DNA of 64,000 bases from Acidimicrobiales bacterium (lineage in GTDB: Bacteria > Actinomycetota > Acidimicrobiia > Acidimicrobiales > Bog-793), in the NCBI GenBank assembly GCA_050010115.1, contig JBEKLQ010000001.1:5091-69090 (forward strand), read 5' to 3'. The position numbers were made by a program, and so were the translations under genes. Shown here in pieces: positions 37,783 through 47,422 of this stretch; position 1 is the first letter of the stretch; each line of letters starts with the position of its first letter. The notes under the pieces are model-generated. The model did no database searches. It was not told the DNA's origin and worked only from the letters and a program-made list of their open reading frames with translations.

Positions 37783-39768
37783 ATGAGCGACGACACCACG
37801 CCCGCAACTGCTGGGGCAACGATCGAGGACTACCTCGCGGAGGAGCGGACGTTCCCTCCATCGGGCAAGACCCGATCCGAGGCGCTCGTCAACGATGACT
37901 CGCTTTACACCGAAGCCGCTGACCGGCTGCGGTTCTGGGACACTCAGGCGCGTGCGCTCACCTGGTTCGAGCCGTGGGAGACGACCCTCGAGTGGGAGCT
38001 CCCATTCGCCAAGTGGTTCGTCGGAGGCAAGCTGAACGTCTCGTACAACTGCCTCGACCGCCACGTCGAGGCCGGGCTCGGCGACCGGGTCGCCTATCAC
38101 TTCGAGGGCGAGCCGGGCGACAGGCGCACGATCACGTATGCGGCACTGCTGGAGGAAGTCGGGCGCTGCGCCAACGCGTTGCGCAGCCTCGGCGTGGAGC
38201 GCGGCGACCGGGTGGCGATCTACATGCCGATGATCCCCGAGCTTGCGGTGGCGATGCTGGCGTGCGCCCGGGTGGGGGCGGCGCATTCGGTGGTGTTCGG
38301 GGGTTTCTCGGCCGATGCCTTGCGCGGCCGGATCGAGGACGCTGACGCACGTGTCCTCATCACCGCCGACGGGGGTTGGCGTCGCGGCCAGCCCGTCCGC
38401 CTGAAGGCGAGCGCCGATCTCGCGCTGGCGGGTGGGGCCGAGTCGATCGAGCACGTGATCGTGGCCCGCCGGTTAGGCGATGCCGCCGGCGACACCCACA
38501 TGGCCGAGGGCCGGGACGTCTGGTGGCACGACATCGTCCCGCAGCAGGACGCCCACTGCCCGCCAGAGGCCATGGACTCAGAAGATCTGCTCTTTCTCCT
38601 CTACACCTCCGGCACCACCGCGACGCCCAAAGGCATCATGCACACCTCCGGCGGTTACCTCACCCAGGTCGCCTACACGCACAAGTACGTGTTCGACCAC
38701 GTGCCCGAGCGTGACGTCTACTGGTGCGCAGCCGACATCGGATGGGTGACGGGCCACAGCTACATCGTCTACGGACCGCTCGCCAACGCGGCGACGAGCG
38801 TGCTGTACGAGGGCACGCCGGACCACCCCGGCCGCGACCGATGGTGGTCGATCATCGAGCGTTACGGCGTCACGATCCTGTACACGGCGCCCACGGCGAT
38901 CCGCACGTTCATGAAGTGGGGCGCCGAGCACCCGGCTGCCCACGATCTTTCCAGCCTGCGGATTCTCGGATCCGTCGGCGAGCCGATCAACCCCGAGGCA
39001 TGGGTCTGGTACTACGAGCACATCGGTGGCGGGCGCTGCCCGGTCGTCGACACGTGGTGGCAGACCGAGACGGGAGCCATCATGATCTCGCCGCTCCCGG
39101 GTGTGACGACGCTGAAGCCGGGCTCTGCGACGTTCCCGCTCCCGGGCATCTCGGCAGAGCTCGTGGACGAAGCCGGTGAGCCCGTTACCCGAGGAGGGGG
39201 ATACCTGACGCTGCCCGAGCCGTGGCCGGCGATGTTGCGCGGGATCTACGGGGACCCGGAGCGGTACCAGGCGACGTACTGGAGCCGTTTCGCCGGGCGG
39301 TACTTCGCCGGTGACGGGGCCAAGCTCGATGCCGACGGTTACCTGTGGCTCCTCGGTCGTGTCGACGACGTCATGAACGTCTCAGGCCACCGGGTCTCCA
39401 CGACCGAGGTGGAGTCTGCCCTCGTCGATCATGCGAGCGTCGCCGAGGCGGCGGTGGTGGGGGCAAACGACGCCACGACCGGCCAGGCCATCATCGCGTT
39501 CGTGACGCTGCGGAGCGGGTACGAGGCGAGCCTGGAGCACGGCGAGATGCTGCGGGCCCACGTCTCGGTCAAGATCGGGGCGATCGCCAGGCCGAAGACC
39601 GTGATCTTCACCGACGATCTGCCGAAGACCCGGTCGGGCAAGATCATGCGCCGGCTCCTGCGCGACGTCGCCGAGGGCCGCGATCTCGGGGACACGACCA
39701 CGCTGGCCGATCCGGCGGTCGTCGAGGAGTTGCGGACCCGCTCGACCACGCACCCGACCGAGGAGTAG
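37783..39768 (+). CDS. acs: Acetyl-CoA synthetase
   Basis: WFVGGKLNVSYNCLDRHV, YTSGTTATPKGIMHTSGGYL, WWQTETG, DGYLWLLGRVDDVMNVSGHR, LPKTRSGKIMRR. Confidence 0.93.
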   Translation: MSDDTTPATAGATIEDYLAEERTFPPSGKTRSEALVNDDSLYTEAADRLRFWDTQARALTWFEPWETTLEWELPFAKWFVGGKLNVSYNCLDRHVEAGLGDRVAYHFEGEPGDRRTITYAALLEEVGRCANALRSLGVERGDRVAIYMPMIPELAVAMLACARVGAAHSVVFGGFSADALRGRIEDADARVLITADGGWRRGQPVRLKASADLALAGGAESIEHVIVARRLGDAAGDTHMAEGRDVWWHDIVPQQDAHCPPEAMDSEDLLFLLYTSGTTATPKGIMHTSGGYLTQVAYTHKYVFDHVPERDVYWCAADIGWVTGHSYIVYGPLANAATSVLYEGTPDHPGRDRWWSIIERYGVTILYTAPTAIRTFMKWGAEHPAAHDLSSLRILGSVGEPINPEAWVWYYEHIGGGRCPVVDTWWQTETGAIMISPLPGVTTLKPGSATFPLPGISAELVDEAGEPVTRGGGYLTLPEPWPAMLRGIYGDPERYQATYWSRFAGRYFAGDGAKLDADGYLWLLGRVDDVMNVSGHRVSTTEVESALVDHASVAEAAVVGANDATTGQAIIAFVTLRSGYEASLEHGEMLRAHVSVKIGAIARPKTVIFTDDLPKTRSGKIMRRLLRDVAEGRDLGDTTTLADPAVVEELRTRSTTHPTEE

Positions 39769-39809
39769 CGCCGAAGCGACCCGCCGTCGCTCTGTGCCGG
39801 CTCTCCGGC

Positions 39810-40298
39810 TCAATCCCGGTAGTTGCCGAACTGCAGGGGGATGTCGAAGTCCGCCTCCTTCAGCGCCGCGATCACGTCTTGCAGGTCGTCGCGCTTCTTG
39901 CCGATGACCCTGACCTGTTCGCTCTGGGTCTGCGAGCTCACGCCCTTCAAGCCGAGATCCTTGATCAGCTTGTTGATGCGCTTGGCATGGTCGGAGGAGA
40001 TCCCGGCATTCAGTGTCGCCGTCTGGCGGACCGCACCACGAGATCCTTCCTCGATCTTGCCGTACTGGACCGCCTTGAGGGATACCTGCCGCCGTACGAG
40101 TTTCTCCTCCAGCACCTGCACGAGCGCCCTCAGGCGGTCCTCGGTGGGCGCGTGGAGGGAGATCTCGTGACCCTTCAGCTCGAGCGAGGCGCCGGTGTTC
40201 TTGAAGTCGAAACGCGTAGCCACCTCTCTCGAAGCCTGGTCAACAGCGTTGCGAACCTCCTGGAGATCAACCTCGGACGTGACGTCAAAGCTCGGCAT
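39810..40298 (-). CDS. yajQ: YajQ-family (UPF0234) nucleotide / cyclic-di-GMP-binding protein
   Basis: MPSFDVTSEVDLQEVRNAVDQASREVATRFDFKNTGASLELKG closely resembles the YajQ N-terminus. 162 aa. Confidence 0.88.
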   Translation of the reverse strand: MPSFDVTSEVDLQEVRNAVDQASREVATRFDFKNTGASLELKGHEISLHAPTEDRLRALVQVLEEKLVRRQVSLKAVQYGKIEEGSRGAVRQTATLNAGISSDHAKRINKLIKDLGLKGVSSQTQSEQVRVIGKKRDDLQDVIAALKEADFDIPLQFGNYRD

Positions 40299-40402
40299 GC
40301 GAGCAAGCTACCGCGGGAAGGCCAGGCCTTCTGTTCCGACGGGCGGAACGGACCGAAGACTGACCACGAGTCCCCGGGCGGTCGATTATGGTGACGGACC
40401 GC

Positions 40403-40487
40403 GGGTCGGTACCCAAGTGGCCAAAGGGAGCAGACTGTAAATCTGTCGGCGCAGCCTTCGAAGGTTCGAATCCTTCCCGGCCCACCA
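40403..40487 (+). tRNA. tRNA-Tyr (anticodon GTA), long variable arm, CCA encoded
   Basis: Hand-folded cloverleaf. The acceptor GGGTCGG/CCGGCCC has one G-U pair. The anticodon loop is CTGTAAA. T arm is GAAGG-TTCGAAT-CCTTC, and the 3' end is ACCA. Confidence 0.9.
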
Positions 40488-40600
40488 GCGATCAGAAACT
40501 GTGAGCAGCGCCGCGAGGTCGAGCCCATCGACCGGCCCACTGCAGCAAGCGGCGAACGACAACAGGGCGCGGCACAACGGCCGTTCGGGACGAAACCGAG

Positions 40601-41011
40601 GTGGAGATGACGATCCCGTGGGTGTTCGATCTGTCGTCGACGTTCGTCCATCTCGGTTTGGGTGGGACCGCTACCGAGCTGCCGGATTTCGAGTGGACCG
40701 CAGACTTCCTCGACCGGTACGAGGCCGAGACCAGGAGTGACGGACCGGACGGTCGGCTCGTTGTCCTCAGCCCTCAGGAGGAACACTGGTCGACCTGGGA
40801 GCGCCATCCCGCCGGCGAGGAGGTGGTCATCCAGATGTCCGGCCGCGCCGTCCTCATTCAGGACCTCCCGGACGGGGAGAACCGATGCGTGCTCGACCCT
40901 GGGCACGCGGTCATCAACCCGCGGGGCGTCTGGCACACCTCTGACGTGCTCGAACCGGGCATGGCGCTGTTCATCACTCCGGGGTTCGGCACCGAGCACC
41001 GTCCCCGTTGA
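40601..41011 (+). CDS. Small cupin-fold protein (hypothetical)
   Basis: GAGGTGGAG RBS. The segment WERHPAGEEVVIQMSGRAVLIQ...VINPRGVWHTSDV looks like a cupin barrel motif pair. Confidence 0.55.
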   Translation: MEMTIPWVFDLSSTFVHLGLGGTATELPDFEWTADFLDRYEAETRSDGPDGRLVVLSPQEEHWSTWERHPAGEEVVIQMSGRAVLIQDLPDGENRCVLDPGHAVINPRGVWHTSDVLEPGMALFITPGFGTEHRPR

Positions 41012-41032
41012 TCAGCGGGTCCGCGACAGGCC

Positions 41033-43762
41033 CTAGCCCTCCGGGGCACCCGTCGCCTTCGCTCCAGCCCGCTTCCTCCGCCGGAGGGCGACCACGTCGG
41101 CAACCGCCAGCCCGAGGAGCACGAGCGTGCCACCCAGCGCCACCAACTGGCCATCGCCCCACCCCGGAGCGACGTAGACGAACGTGACGGTCGACTCGCC
41201 GGCTGGGACAGTCACCTGCTGCACCAGGCCGTGACGCCGCACGTCGGCAACGGACGACCGCCCATCGTGGGCGATGGTCGCCTGCCACCCCGCCACGGCT
41301 GCCATGGATCGCACGAGGGATGCCGCCTGCGACGTGGTCACCTCTACCGAGACCGCGCCGGTCCATGGGTCGCTCGAGACGACCTTCCAGGAGGCCCCAG
41401 GGGAGGCCACGGTGAACGGAGCCGCAGCCGCGTGGTTGACGAACGCCGAGAAACCCCCCACCCCGTCGACCTCCACCCATCCCGCCGCTCCGACCGGTGC
41501 CGCCAGCGGCCCGTCGGTCGCGAAGCTCGTCCCGCTGCTCGCACGCACCTGCGGTTCGGTGATCGCCACGGCGCCGGTGACCTGGCTACCACCGAGCGAG
41601 ATGCCGAACGCCGGCACCGGCGGGGCGAAGCGGATCGACACCTCGTCCGCCGCCAGCCGAGTCCGACCCTGCGTGGCGATCAGGCCGCCCGGGCCGATGA
41701 GGCGCACGCTGCCGGCGAGGGAGCGGACCGACGAGGGGTTGGCGGACCCGGCAAGGTCGAGCACCAACCCGCTGACATCGACCTGCTCGCCGAACCACCG
41801 GCGGACCGATGCTCTCGGGCCCACCTCCAGGGCTGGGTGCGAGGTATTGGACACCGGCCCGACGAGCTGTGACGGGAGCGTCAGCAACGCCGTCACGCCG
41901 AGGGCGGAGAACGTGCCGCTCGTGAACCCTTGTGGAGCGGCGCCGTCTTGCACGTGGGTTCCCGTCGCCGACGCGTACGGCCCCCACATGAGCGAGCCAT
42001 ACCCGCCGGCTTCCGGCAACCGGTCGAGCACGCCAAGGTCAGGTGCTCCGATCCGGTCGAGGCCGAGTCCGTCGACGAGACGAGGGTCGACCACGAGGAC
42101 CCGGCCGGAGCCGGCCAGGGCTGCGACGGCGAGGCCGTCGGAGGGGGTGAGCGCCGAGCGGTTTTGAGGTGCCAGTGATGACTGGTTGATGTTCATGAGC
42201 AACAGGTCGACCACGACCAAGGACACGACGAGCAGCACCCGCCGCCTCGGAGGAGCCCGCCAGCCGAGCAGCAGCAAGGCGCCGGCGGCGGCCGCCAAAC
42301 CGGTACTGACGAGCAGATAGGGCAGCACGCCTCCCAGGCTCCAGCCCGTGCCGGCGTGGACCGAGAGCGCTCCACCTGCGGGCCGGCGCGTGATCACCGT
42401 CGCAACGACCACGGCGAGCACCCCGAGCAACGGCACCAGTCCCGCACTCATCTGCAGGCGGCTCAGGCGCTTCGAGACGAGGCCATCGACGAAGTAGCCC
42501 GTCGACAGCGACGCCGAGAGGGCGAACAGGATCAGGGCCCGGCTGGGCAGGCGCTGATCGCCGACGACCGGGAGCTTCGAGATCACGTGCTCCAGGGGAG
42601 TGTGGTCGCCGGAGACGATGAGCAGCGAGGCGGCCAGCAGCACGAGCCAGATGCGCCAGCGCCACGCGGTTGGTTCCCGCCATCGTGCGAGCAGCACGGC
42701 GACGGCGACCAGGGCGAGCGTGCCGGGGTAGGCATTGACTTCCGCGAGAGGGAACGATCCGGCGAAGTTCCGTAGGCCGATGGCGCCGCCGCCGCGCACG
42801 TGCGGCACGAGCAGCTCGAGGAAGTTCGCCCACGTGAGCGAACCGCCCGAGATGAACGAGTAAGACGGGTGCGCCCGCTGCGAGACCGACACGAATTCGG
42901 CGGCCGGCAGCCACTGCAGCGCTCCGACGGCGACGCCGCCGAGGCCGCCGAGCCCCGCCCACGCCACGAGGCGCAGCCGGGCGGTGAGCCGCCGGCCCTC
43001 GCCCGCCGGCTGCAACAGCAGGTGGACCAAGTAGGCGCCGCCTGCGACCGCTGCGTCGATGACGATGTCGGGGCTCCCGCACAGGCAGATCCACGTGGTG
43101 GCGGCGGCGAGTAGCAGCACGTGCCGGCGGCGTGAGTCCGGACCGCGCGCCGCCAGCCCGTGCAGGGCCACGAGCGCCCAGCCGAGGGCGGCGGCGGCGG
43201 CGGCGAAGTCGATGTGAACGATCTGGGAGCTGACGAAGCCCCCCAACCCGAAACTCGCCCCGCCCAAACCTGCTGCGAGCGAGCTGCAGCCGGTCCGGCG
43301 CAGGAAGAGCTGGCAGCCGATGGCGGCGCCCGCGAGCACCATGACCTCGCCGGCGACCCAGGCAGCCAGCGGCGGCAGTACGGCGAACAGCAGGGTGATC
43401 GGCAGCAACCCATGCGCGTTCACGCCGCCGAGGAGCGGGGTTCCCGACCACAGGTAACTGTTGAACAGTGGCAGGTGGCCGTGGCGCAGCACCTGGCCCG
43501 AGAAGGCTTCGAGTGGGTAATTCTGCGCCAGGTCATCGCCGGTGATGAGCGGGTAGCCGGCCAGGGAGGCTGCTGTGAGCACCAGCGCCGGCACGCCGGC
43601 GATCACGCCGGCGATCCTCCAGTCCGTGCGGTCCCACGCTCGGTCAACGGGGATCTTCGGCGCGGGCACGGCAGATCGTAGGGCCCGGCGGGGCTCCCGG
43701 CTTGGCCCCCGGCGCGACGAGGCCTCCGCGCAGCGAAGGGCTCCGCTTGACCGACGGCGCAA
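41033..43762 (-). CDS. Large polytopic membrane protein, GT-C-like (YfhO-like N-terminal motif), with a roughly 330-aa extracytoplasmic C-terminal region and a terminal TM anchor
   Basis: GDDLAQNYPLEAFSGQVLRHGHLPLFNSYLWSGTPLLGG resembles the YfhO-type motif. Hydrophobic segments run through about aa 60-540. The start is uncertain. Confidence 0.5.
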   Translation of the reverse strand: MRRRSSGALRCAEASSRRGPSREPRRALRSAVPAPKIPVDRAWDRTDWRIAGVIAGVPALVLTAASLAGYPLITGDDLAQNYPLEAFSGQVLRHGHLPLFNSYLWSGTPLLGGVNAHGLLPITLLFAVLPPLAAWVAGEVMVLAGAAIGCQLFLRRTGCSSLAAGLGGASFGLGGFVSSQIVHIDFAAAAAALGWALVALHGLAARGPDSRRRHVLLLAAATTWICLCGSPDIVIDAAVAGGAYLVHLLLQPAGEGRRLTARLRLVAWAGLGGLGGVAVGALQWLPAAEFVSVSQRAHPSYSFISGGSLTWANFLELLVPHVRGGGAIGLRNFAGSFPLAEVNAYPGTLALVAVAVLLARWREPTAWRWRIWLVLLAASLLIVSGDHTPLEHVISKLPVVGDQRLPSRALILFALSASLSTGYFVDGLVSKRLSRLQMSAGLVPLLGVLAVVVATVITRRPAGGALSVHAGTGWSLGGVLPYLLVSTGLAAAAGALLLLGWRAPPRRRVLLVVSLVVVDLLLMNINQSSLAPQNRSALTPSDGLAVAALAGSGRVLVVDPRLVDGLGLDRIGAPDLGVLDRLPEAGGYGSLMWGPYASATGTHVQDGAAPQGFTSGTFSALGVTALLTLPSQLVGPVSNTSHPALEVGPRASVRRWFGEQVDVSGLVLDLAGSANPSSVRSLAGSVRLIGPGGLIATQGRTRLAADEVSIRFAPPVPAFGISLGGSQVTGAVAITEPQVRASSGTSFATDGPLAAPVGAAGWVEVDGVGGFSAFVNHAAAAPFTVASPGASWKVVSSDPWTGAVSVEVTTSQAASLVRSMAAVAGWQATIAHDGRSSVADVRRHGLVQQVTVPAGESTVTFVYVAPGWGDGQLVALGGTLVLLGLAVADVVALRRRKRAGAKATGAPEG

Positions 43763-43927
43763 ACGGCCCCGCTGGTACCATCGGAGTCGCAGTGGCTCGG
43801 TCCCGCATGAGCGCCGAGACCGCCGTGGCGTTCGAGCGCGAGTTTGATTCGCGCAAGGCCAGCCGGGCCTGAGTTTCGGCAGGTGGCCGGTGCCCGCAGC
43901 GGGCCCGGTGGATCGCGACAGGACGAG

Positions 43928-45655
43928 ATGACGACCTCGGTAGGCCCGGAAAGTGACGTCCCGGCAACGGGGAGCAAGCGAGTACTGGCTGCGACCTTGC
44001 GGCCGCTCGGTGCAGCGTGGTCCGCCGTCAACCTGCTGCGGATGCCGGCGCCCGAAGCGGACCCGTTCGTTGCCGGCGAGACCCGCATCGCCAAGGTGAT
44101 GTGGCCGTCGGCGCTCGCCGGCGCCGTCGGTTCACTGCTCGTGCTGTGGGGAGCGTCGCAACCCACATCGCCGTTCACCCTCAACCATGCGACGCTCTCG
44201 ACGTTGCCAGGGCCGCTGCAGTCCGGCGTGAGGACCTGGTACTTCGGCACGGAGGCAGTGGGCGGCCATGGTGACGTGCTGGTCGGAGTCGTGGCGGTCT
44301 ATGCGGGCATGTTCCTCATGATCAAAGGTTGGATGGGCCTGATCAGGGTCACGCGACTGCACCCCGGCACGCCCGTGCGGCACTTCGTGCCGCTGTTCAT
44401 CGTGTGGATGCTCCCCCTCCTCGTCGTGGCGCCGTTGTTCAGCCACGACGCTTACAGCTACGCCGCCCAGGGGGAGGAGATCACGCGGCACATCAACCCC
44501 TACATCTACTCGCCAGCTGTGCTCGGTGTCGGCGGGAACCCGTGGGCTTCGGGCGTGGACACGCTGTGGGGCAGTACGACTTCTCCCTACGGTCCGGTGT
44601 TCTTGTGGCTCGCCGGCGCCGTCGTCGGTGGCGTGAACCACAACTACTTGGCATCGGTGGCCGGGTTTCGGTTGCTGGCGGTGGCCGGCGTCGTCCTGCT
44701 CGCTGTCTACGCACCCCGTCTCGCACGCAGCTACGGGCACGACCCGGCGAGAGCGTTCGTGCTGGCGGCGCTCAGCCCGCTCGTGCTCCTCCACCTCGTG
44801 GCGGGAGAGCACAACGACGCCCTCATGATCGGGCTGCTCGTGGCCGGCCTGGCCCTCGCCCGAGAACGTCACCCGATCATCGGGATCATCCTGTGCTCGC
44901 TCGCCGGCCTCGTGAAGGTTCCCGGTCTGGTCGGCGTCGTCTATGTGGCCTGGGACTGGAGCGGTGGCGGCACCCCGGTGCGCGGGCGGCTGAAACTGAC
45001 CGCTGCAGGGCTCGCCATCTCCGGCATCACCCTGGCCGTCGTTACCGAGGCGATAGTCCTCATGACCCGGGCTGTCGGGAGCGGCTGGGGGTGGGTGTCA
45101 GCCCTGTGGAACCCCAGCTCGGTCAACTCGTGGATGGACCCGGCCACAGGTCTCGGGACGTTGCTCGGCAAGGTGGTCAACGGCGTGGGCCTCGGCATGC
45201 ACGTGGCCACCATCGTGTCGGTCAGCCGGGCCTTGGGCCTGCTGGGCGCGGCGGCGATCGGGTTGTGGCTGTTGCTCCGAGCCGACGGGGTCGGCAGCCT
45301 CCGGGGCGTCGGGCTCACGCTCCTTGCCTTCGCCGCCCTCGGGCCCGTCGTGCAACCGTGGTACCTGGTGTGGGGGCTTGTCGTGCTCGCTCCTATCGCC
45401 GCGGGGCTCACCCGGTCGGCGATCGTGGCCGTGTCGGCGGTGTTCTCGTTTCTCGGGTTGCCCGGCGGCCGGATGCTGCTCCGGGATCTCGGGCGGGCGA
45501 GCCCGCTCCTGATCGCCGCTGCGGTGGCCGCCCTGGCGCTGGTGGGCCTCCTCTCGCTCACGCCGCGCATCCGCCAGCTGCTGCGGGAGCGCCGTGCACG
45601 GGCAGCCGATCGCCTCGCCGAGGACAAGGCGAGCGTGCCGGCGGGCGGCACATGA
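43928..45655 (+). CDS. GT-C-family polyprenyl-phosphate-sugar-dependent glycosyl(mannosyl)transferase candidate (MptB/DUF2029-like)
   Basis: The loop motif after the early TM segments is SHDAYSYAAQGEEITRHINPYIYSP...WGSTTSPYGPVFLW, followed by many TM segments. I chose the ATG at 43928; the tracked ORF starts at 43844. Confidence 0.55.
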   Translation: MTTSVGPESDVPATGSKRVLAATLRPLGAAWSAVNLLRMPAPEADPFVAGETRIAKVMWPSALAGAVGSLLVLWGASQPTSPFTLNHATLSTLPGPLQSGVRTWYFGTEAVGGHGDVLVGVVAVYAGMFLMIKGWMGLIRVTRLHPGTPVRHFVPLFIVWMLPLLVVAPLFSHDAYSYAAQGEEITRHINPYIYSPAVLGVGGNPWASGVDTLWGSTTSPYGPVFLWLAGAVVGGVNHNYLASVAGFRLLAVAGVVLLAVYAPRLARSYGHDPARAFVLAALSPLVLLHLVAGEHNDALMIGLLVAGLALARERHPIIGIILCSLAGLVKVPGLVGVVYVAWDWSGGGTPVRGRLKLTAAGLAISGITLAVVTEAIVLMTRAVGSGWGWVSALWNPSSVNSWMDPATGLGTLLGKVVNGVGLGMHVATIVSVSRALGLLGAAAIGLWLLLRADGVGSLRGVGLTLLAFAALGPVVQPWYLVWGLVVLAPIAAGLTRSAIVAVSAVFSFLGLPGGRMLLRDLGRASPLLIAAAVAALALVGLLSLTPRIRQLLRERRARAADRLAEDKASVPAGGT

Positions 45656-46422
45656 CCGCGACCGTCCAGGTGTCGGCCGACGGCCCGGTCCTCACGGTCA
45701 CGATCGATCGTCCGGAGGTCCGCAACGCCGTGGATCGCCCGACTGCGGCGGCGTTGGCGGATGCGTTTCGTTCTTTCGAGGCGGCCGGCGAGCTGTCGGT
45801 GGCGGTGCTGACCGGGTCCGGGGGCACGTTCTGCGCCGGAGCGGATCTGAGGGCGATCGCGTCGGGACGAGGCAACCGCGTCGAGATCACCGGCGACGGA
45901 CCGATGGGGCCAACCCGGCTCCGTCTTTCCAAGCCGGTCATCGCGGCAGTGTCCGGCCATGCGGTCGCCGGCGGTCTCGAGCTCGCGCTGTGGTGCGACC
46001 TGCGGGTGGCCGACGAGACGGCAGTATTCGGCGTGTTCTGCCGCCGGTGGGGCGTGCCGCTCGTCGACGGGGGCACCGTGCGGTTGCCCCGCTTGATCGG
46101 CATGAGCCGGGCGCTCGATTTGATCCTGACGGGCCGACCGGTGGGTGCCGCCGAGGCGCTCGCGCTGGGCCTTGCCAACCGCGTCGTGCCGGCCGGCGAA
46201 GCCTTGACTGCTGCCCGGGAGATCGCCGCCGAGATCGCCGGCTTGCCGCAGGCCTGCCTGCGCTCGGACCGGATGAGTGTCCTCGAGCAAGAAGGGCTGG
46301 ACACCGAGGCGGCGCTGTCGAACGAGGTCCGGCGGGGTATCCCGGTGCTCGGCGAGGCGGTGACCGGGGCGGCCCGGTTCGCTGCCGGCGCCGGGCGCCA
46401 TGGTGAGAAGGCGTCCGGCTGA
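45652..46422 (+). CDS. Enoyl-CoA hydratase/isomerase (crotonase) family protein
   Basis: The ATG overlaps the upstream stop (ATGA). LTVTIDRPEVRNAVD, VLTGSGGTFCAGADL, KPVIAAVSGHAVAGGLELALWCDLRVA. Confidence 0.88.
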   Translation: MTATVQVSADGPVLTVTIDRPEVRNAVDRPTAAALADAFRSFEAAGELSVAVLTGSGGTFCAGADLRAIASGRGNRVEITGDGPMGPTRLRLSKPVIAAVSGHAVAGGLELALWCDLRVADETAVFGVFCRRWGVPLVDGGTVRLPRLIGMSRALDLILTGRPVGAAEALALGLANRVVPAGEALTAAREIAAEIAGLPQACLRSDRMSVLEQEGLDTEAALSNEVRRGIPVLGEAVTGAARFAAGAGRHGEKASG

Positions 46423-46425
46423 CGC

Positions 46426-46911
46426 TCAGAGCATGTGCTGGGCGAGGGCCACGTCGAGCCAGCGCCCGAACTTGCGGCCGACCTCACGCTCGACGCCGAT
46501 GATCTCGAAGCCGCACGCCTTGTGCAACGCGATCGACGCCACCTGCTCGGTGATGATGCGCCCGATGACCGAATGGAAACCGTGGCTGCGCGCCGCCTCG
46601 ACAGCCCCGCTCAGCAGCAGCCGCCCGACGCCTTGGCCACGGTACTCCTCGGCGACATAGACCGAGTCCTCGACGGCGGTGGCGTAGCCCGGCCTCGGCC
46701 GGTAGGCGGACAACGACGAGAAACCCGCCACCTTTCCCCCGTCATCAGCCACCATCACGGGGTAGACGCCCGAGTGGCCGGACATCCAAGCAGCCTGGTC
46801 GGACACTGATCGCGGGACGAGGTCGAGGGTCGCCGTCGACGACAGCACCTCGGCGTTGTAGATGAGGCGTATCGCCTCCGAGTCACTCTCGACGGCCCGC
46901 CGTAGCAACAT
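46426..46911 (-). CDS. GNAT-family N-acetyltransferase (phosphinothricin-acetyltransferase-like)
   Basis: MLLRRAVESDSEAIRLIYN, YVAEEYRGQGVGRLLL and FHSVIGRIITEQVASIALHKACGFEIIG give the acetyl-CoA-binding Q/R-x-x-G-x-G motif. I chose the internal ATG at 46911. Confidence 0.8.
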   Translation of the reverse strand: MLLRRAVESDSEAIRLIYNAEVLSSTATLDLVPRSVSDQAAWMSGHSGVYPVMVADDGGKVAGFSSLSAYRPRPGYATAVEDSVYVAEEYRGQGVGRLLLSGAVEAARSHGFHSVIGRIITEQVASIALHKACGFEIIGVEREVGRKFGRWLDVALAQHML

Positions 46912-47034
46912 GGCGGCCGATCGTAGTGACCTGCAGCGGTACCACCGAATGACCTGGTCCGGAAGTCCTTGTTCAGCAACTGACCGCACGGCCGATATGA
47001 TCTCGTCGCGGGCATGCCCACCGGGGGCGTGATC

Positions 47035-47107
47035 GCCCCCTTAGCTCAGTCGGCAGAGCACAGCCATGGTAAGGCTGGTGTCGTCGGTTCGATTCCGACA
47101 GGGGGCT
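47035..47107 (+). tRNA. thrT: tRNA-Thr (anticodon GGT)
   Basis: Hand-folded. Acceptor GCCCCCT/AGGGGGC, D arm GCTC-AGTCGGCA-GAGC, anticodon loop ATGGTAA, T arm GTCGG-TTCGATT-CCGAC. CCA is not encoded. Confidence 0.9.
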
Positions 47108-47110
47108 CAG

Positions 47111-47184
47111 GGCGGCGTAGCTCAGTTGGTAAGAGCACACGGCTCATAATCGTGGGGTCGCGGGTTCGAGTCCCGCCGCCGCTA
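47111..47184 (+). tRNA. metT: tRNA-Met (anticodon CAT); an elongator Met by synteny, but Ile2/lysidine identity cannot be excluded
   Basis: Hand-folded. Acceptor GGCGGCG/CGCCGCT with G1-U72, anticodon loop CTCATAA, T arm GCGGG-TTCGAGT-CCCGC. The thrT-metT-rpmG order is typical of actinobacteria. Confidence 0.85.
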
Positions 47185-47227
47185 CCCGGAGCAGTATCAG
47201 AGTCGTACGACACGAGGATCAAGACAC

Positions 47228-47392
47228 ATGGCCAAGAACGAGAAGCGCGTGCAGGTGACGCTCGCTTGTGAGGTCTGCAAGCGTCGTAACTACATCACGA
47301 CGAAGAACAAGCAGAACGACCGCGAGCGGATCGAGATGAAGAAGTACTGCCGATGGGAGCGCCAGCACACGCTCCACAAGGAGACCCGCTGA
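47228..47392 (+). CDS. rpmG: 50S ribosomal protein L33
   Basis: Not in the ORF track because it is only 54 aa. My translation is [54 protein letters not shown], with the CxxC...C L33 pattern. Confidence 0.92.
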   Translation: MAKNEKRVQVTLACEVCKRRNYITTKNKQNDRERIEMKKYCRWERQHTLHKETR

Positions 47393-47422
47393 CCCGTCAC
47401 TCGAGCAACTAGTGATGTCGAG

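Noticed and set aside
40403-46989. Whether the genes downstream of tRNA-Tyr (cupin, two GT-C proteins, crotonase, GNAT) form a tRNA-integrated genomic island.
   Set aside because: There is no integrase, no direct repeat of the tRNA 3' end that I could find, no obvious compositional shift, and no mobile-element genes. They look like ordinary chromosomal genes.
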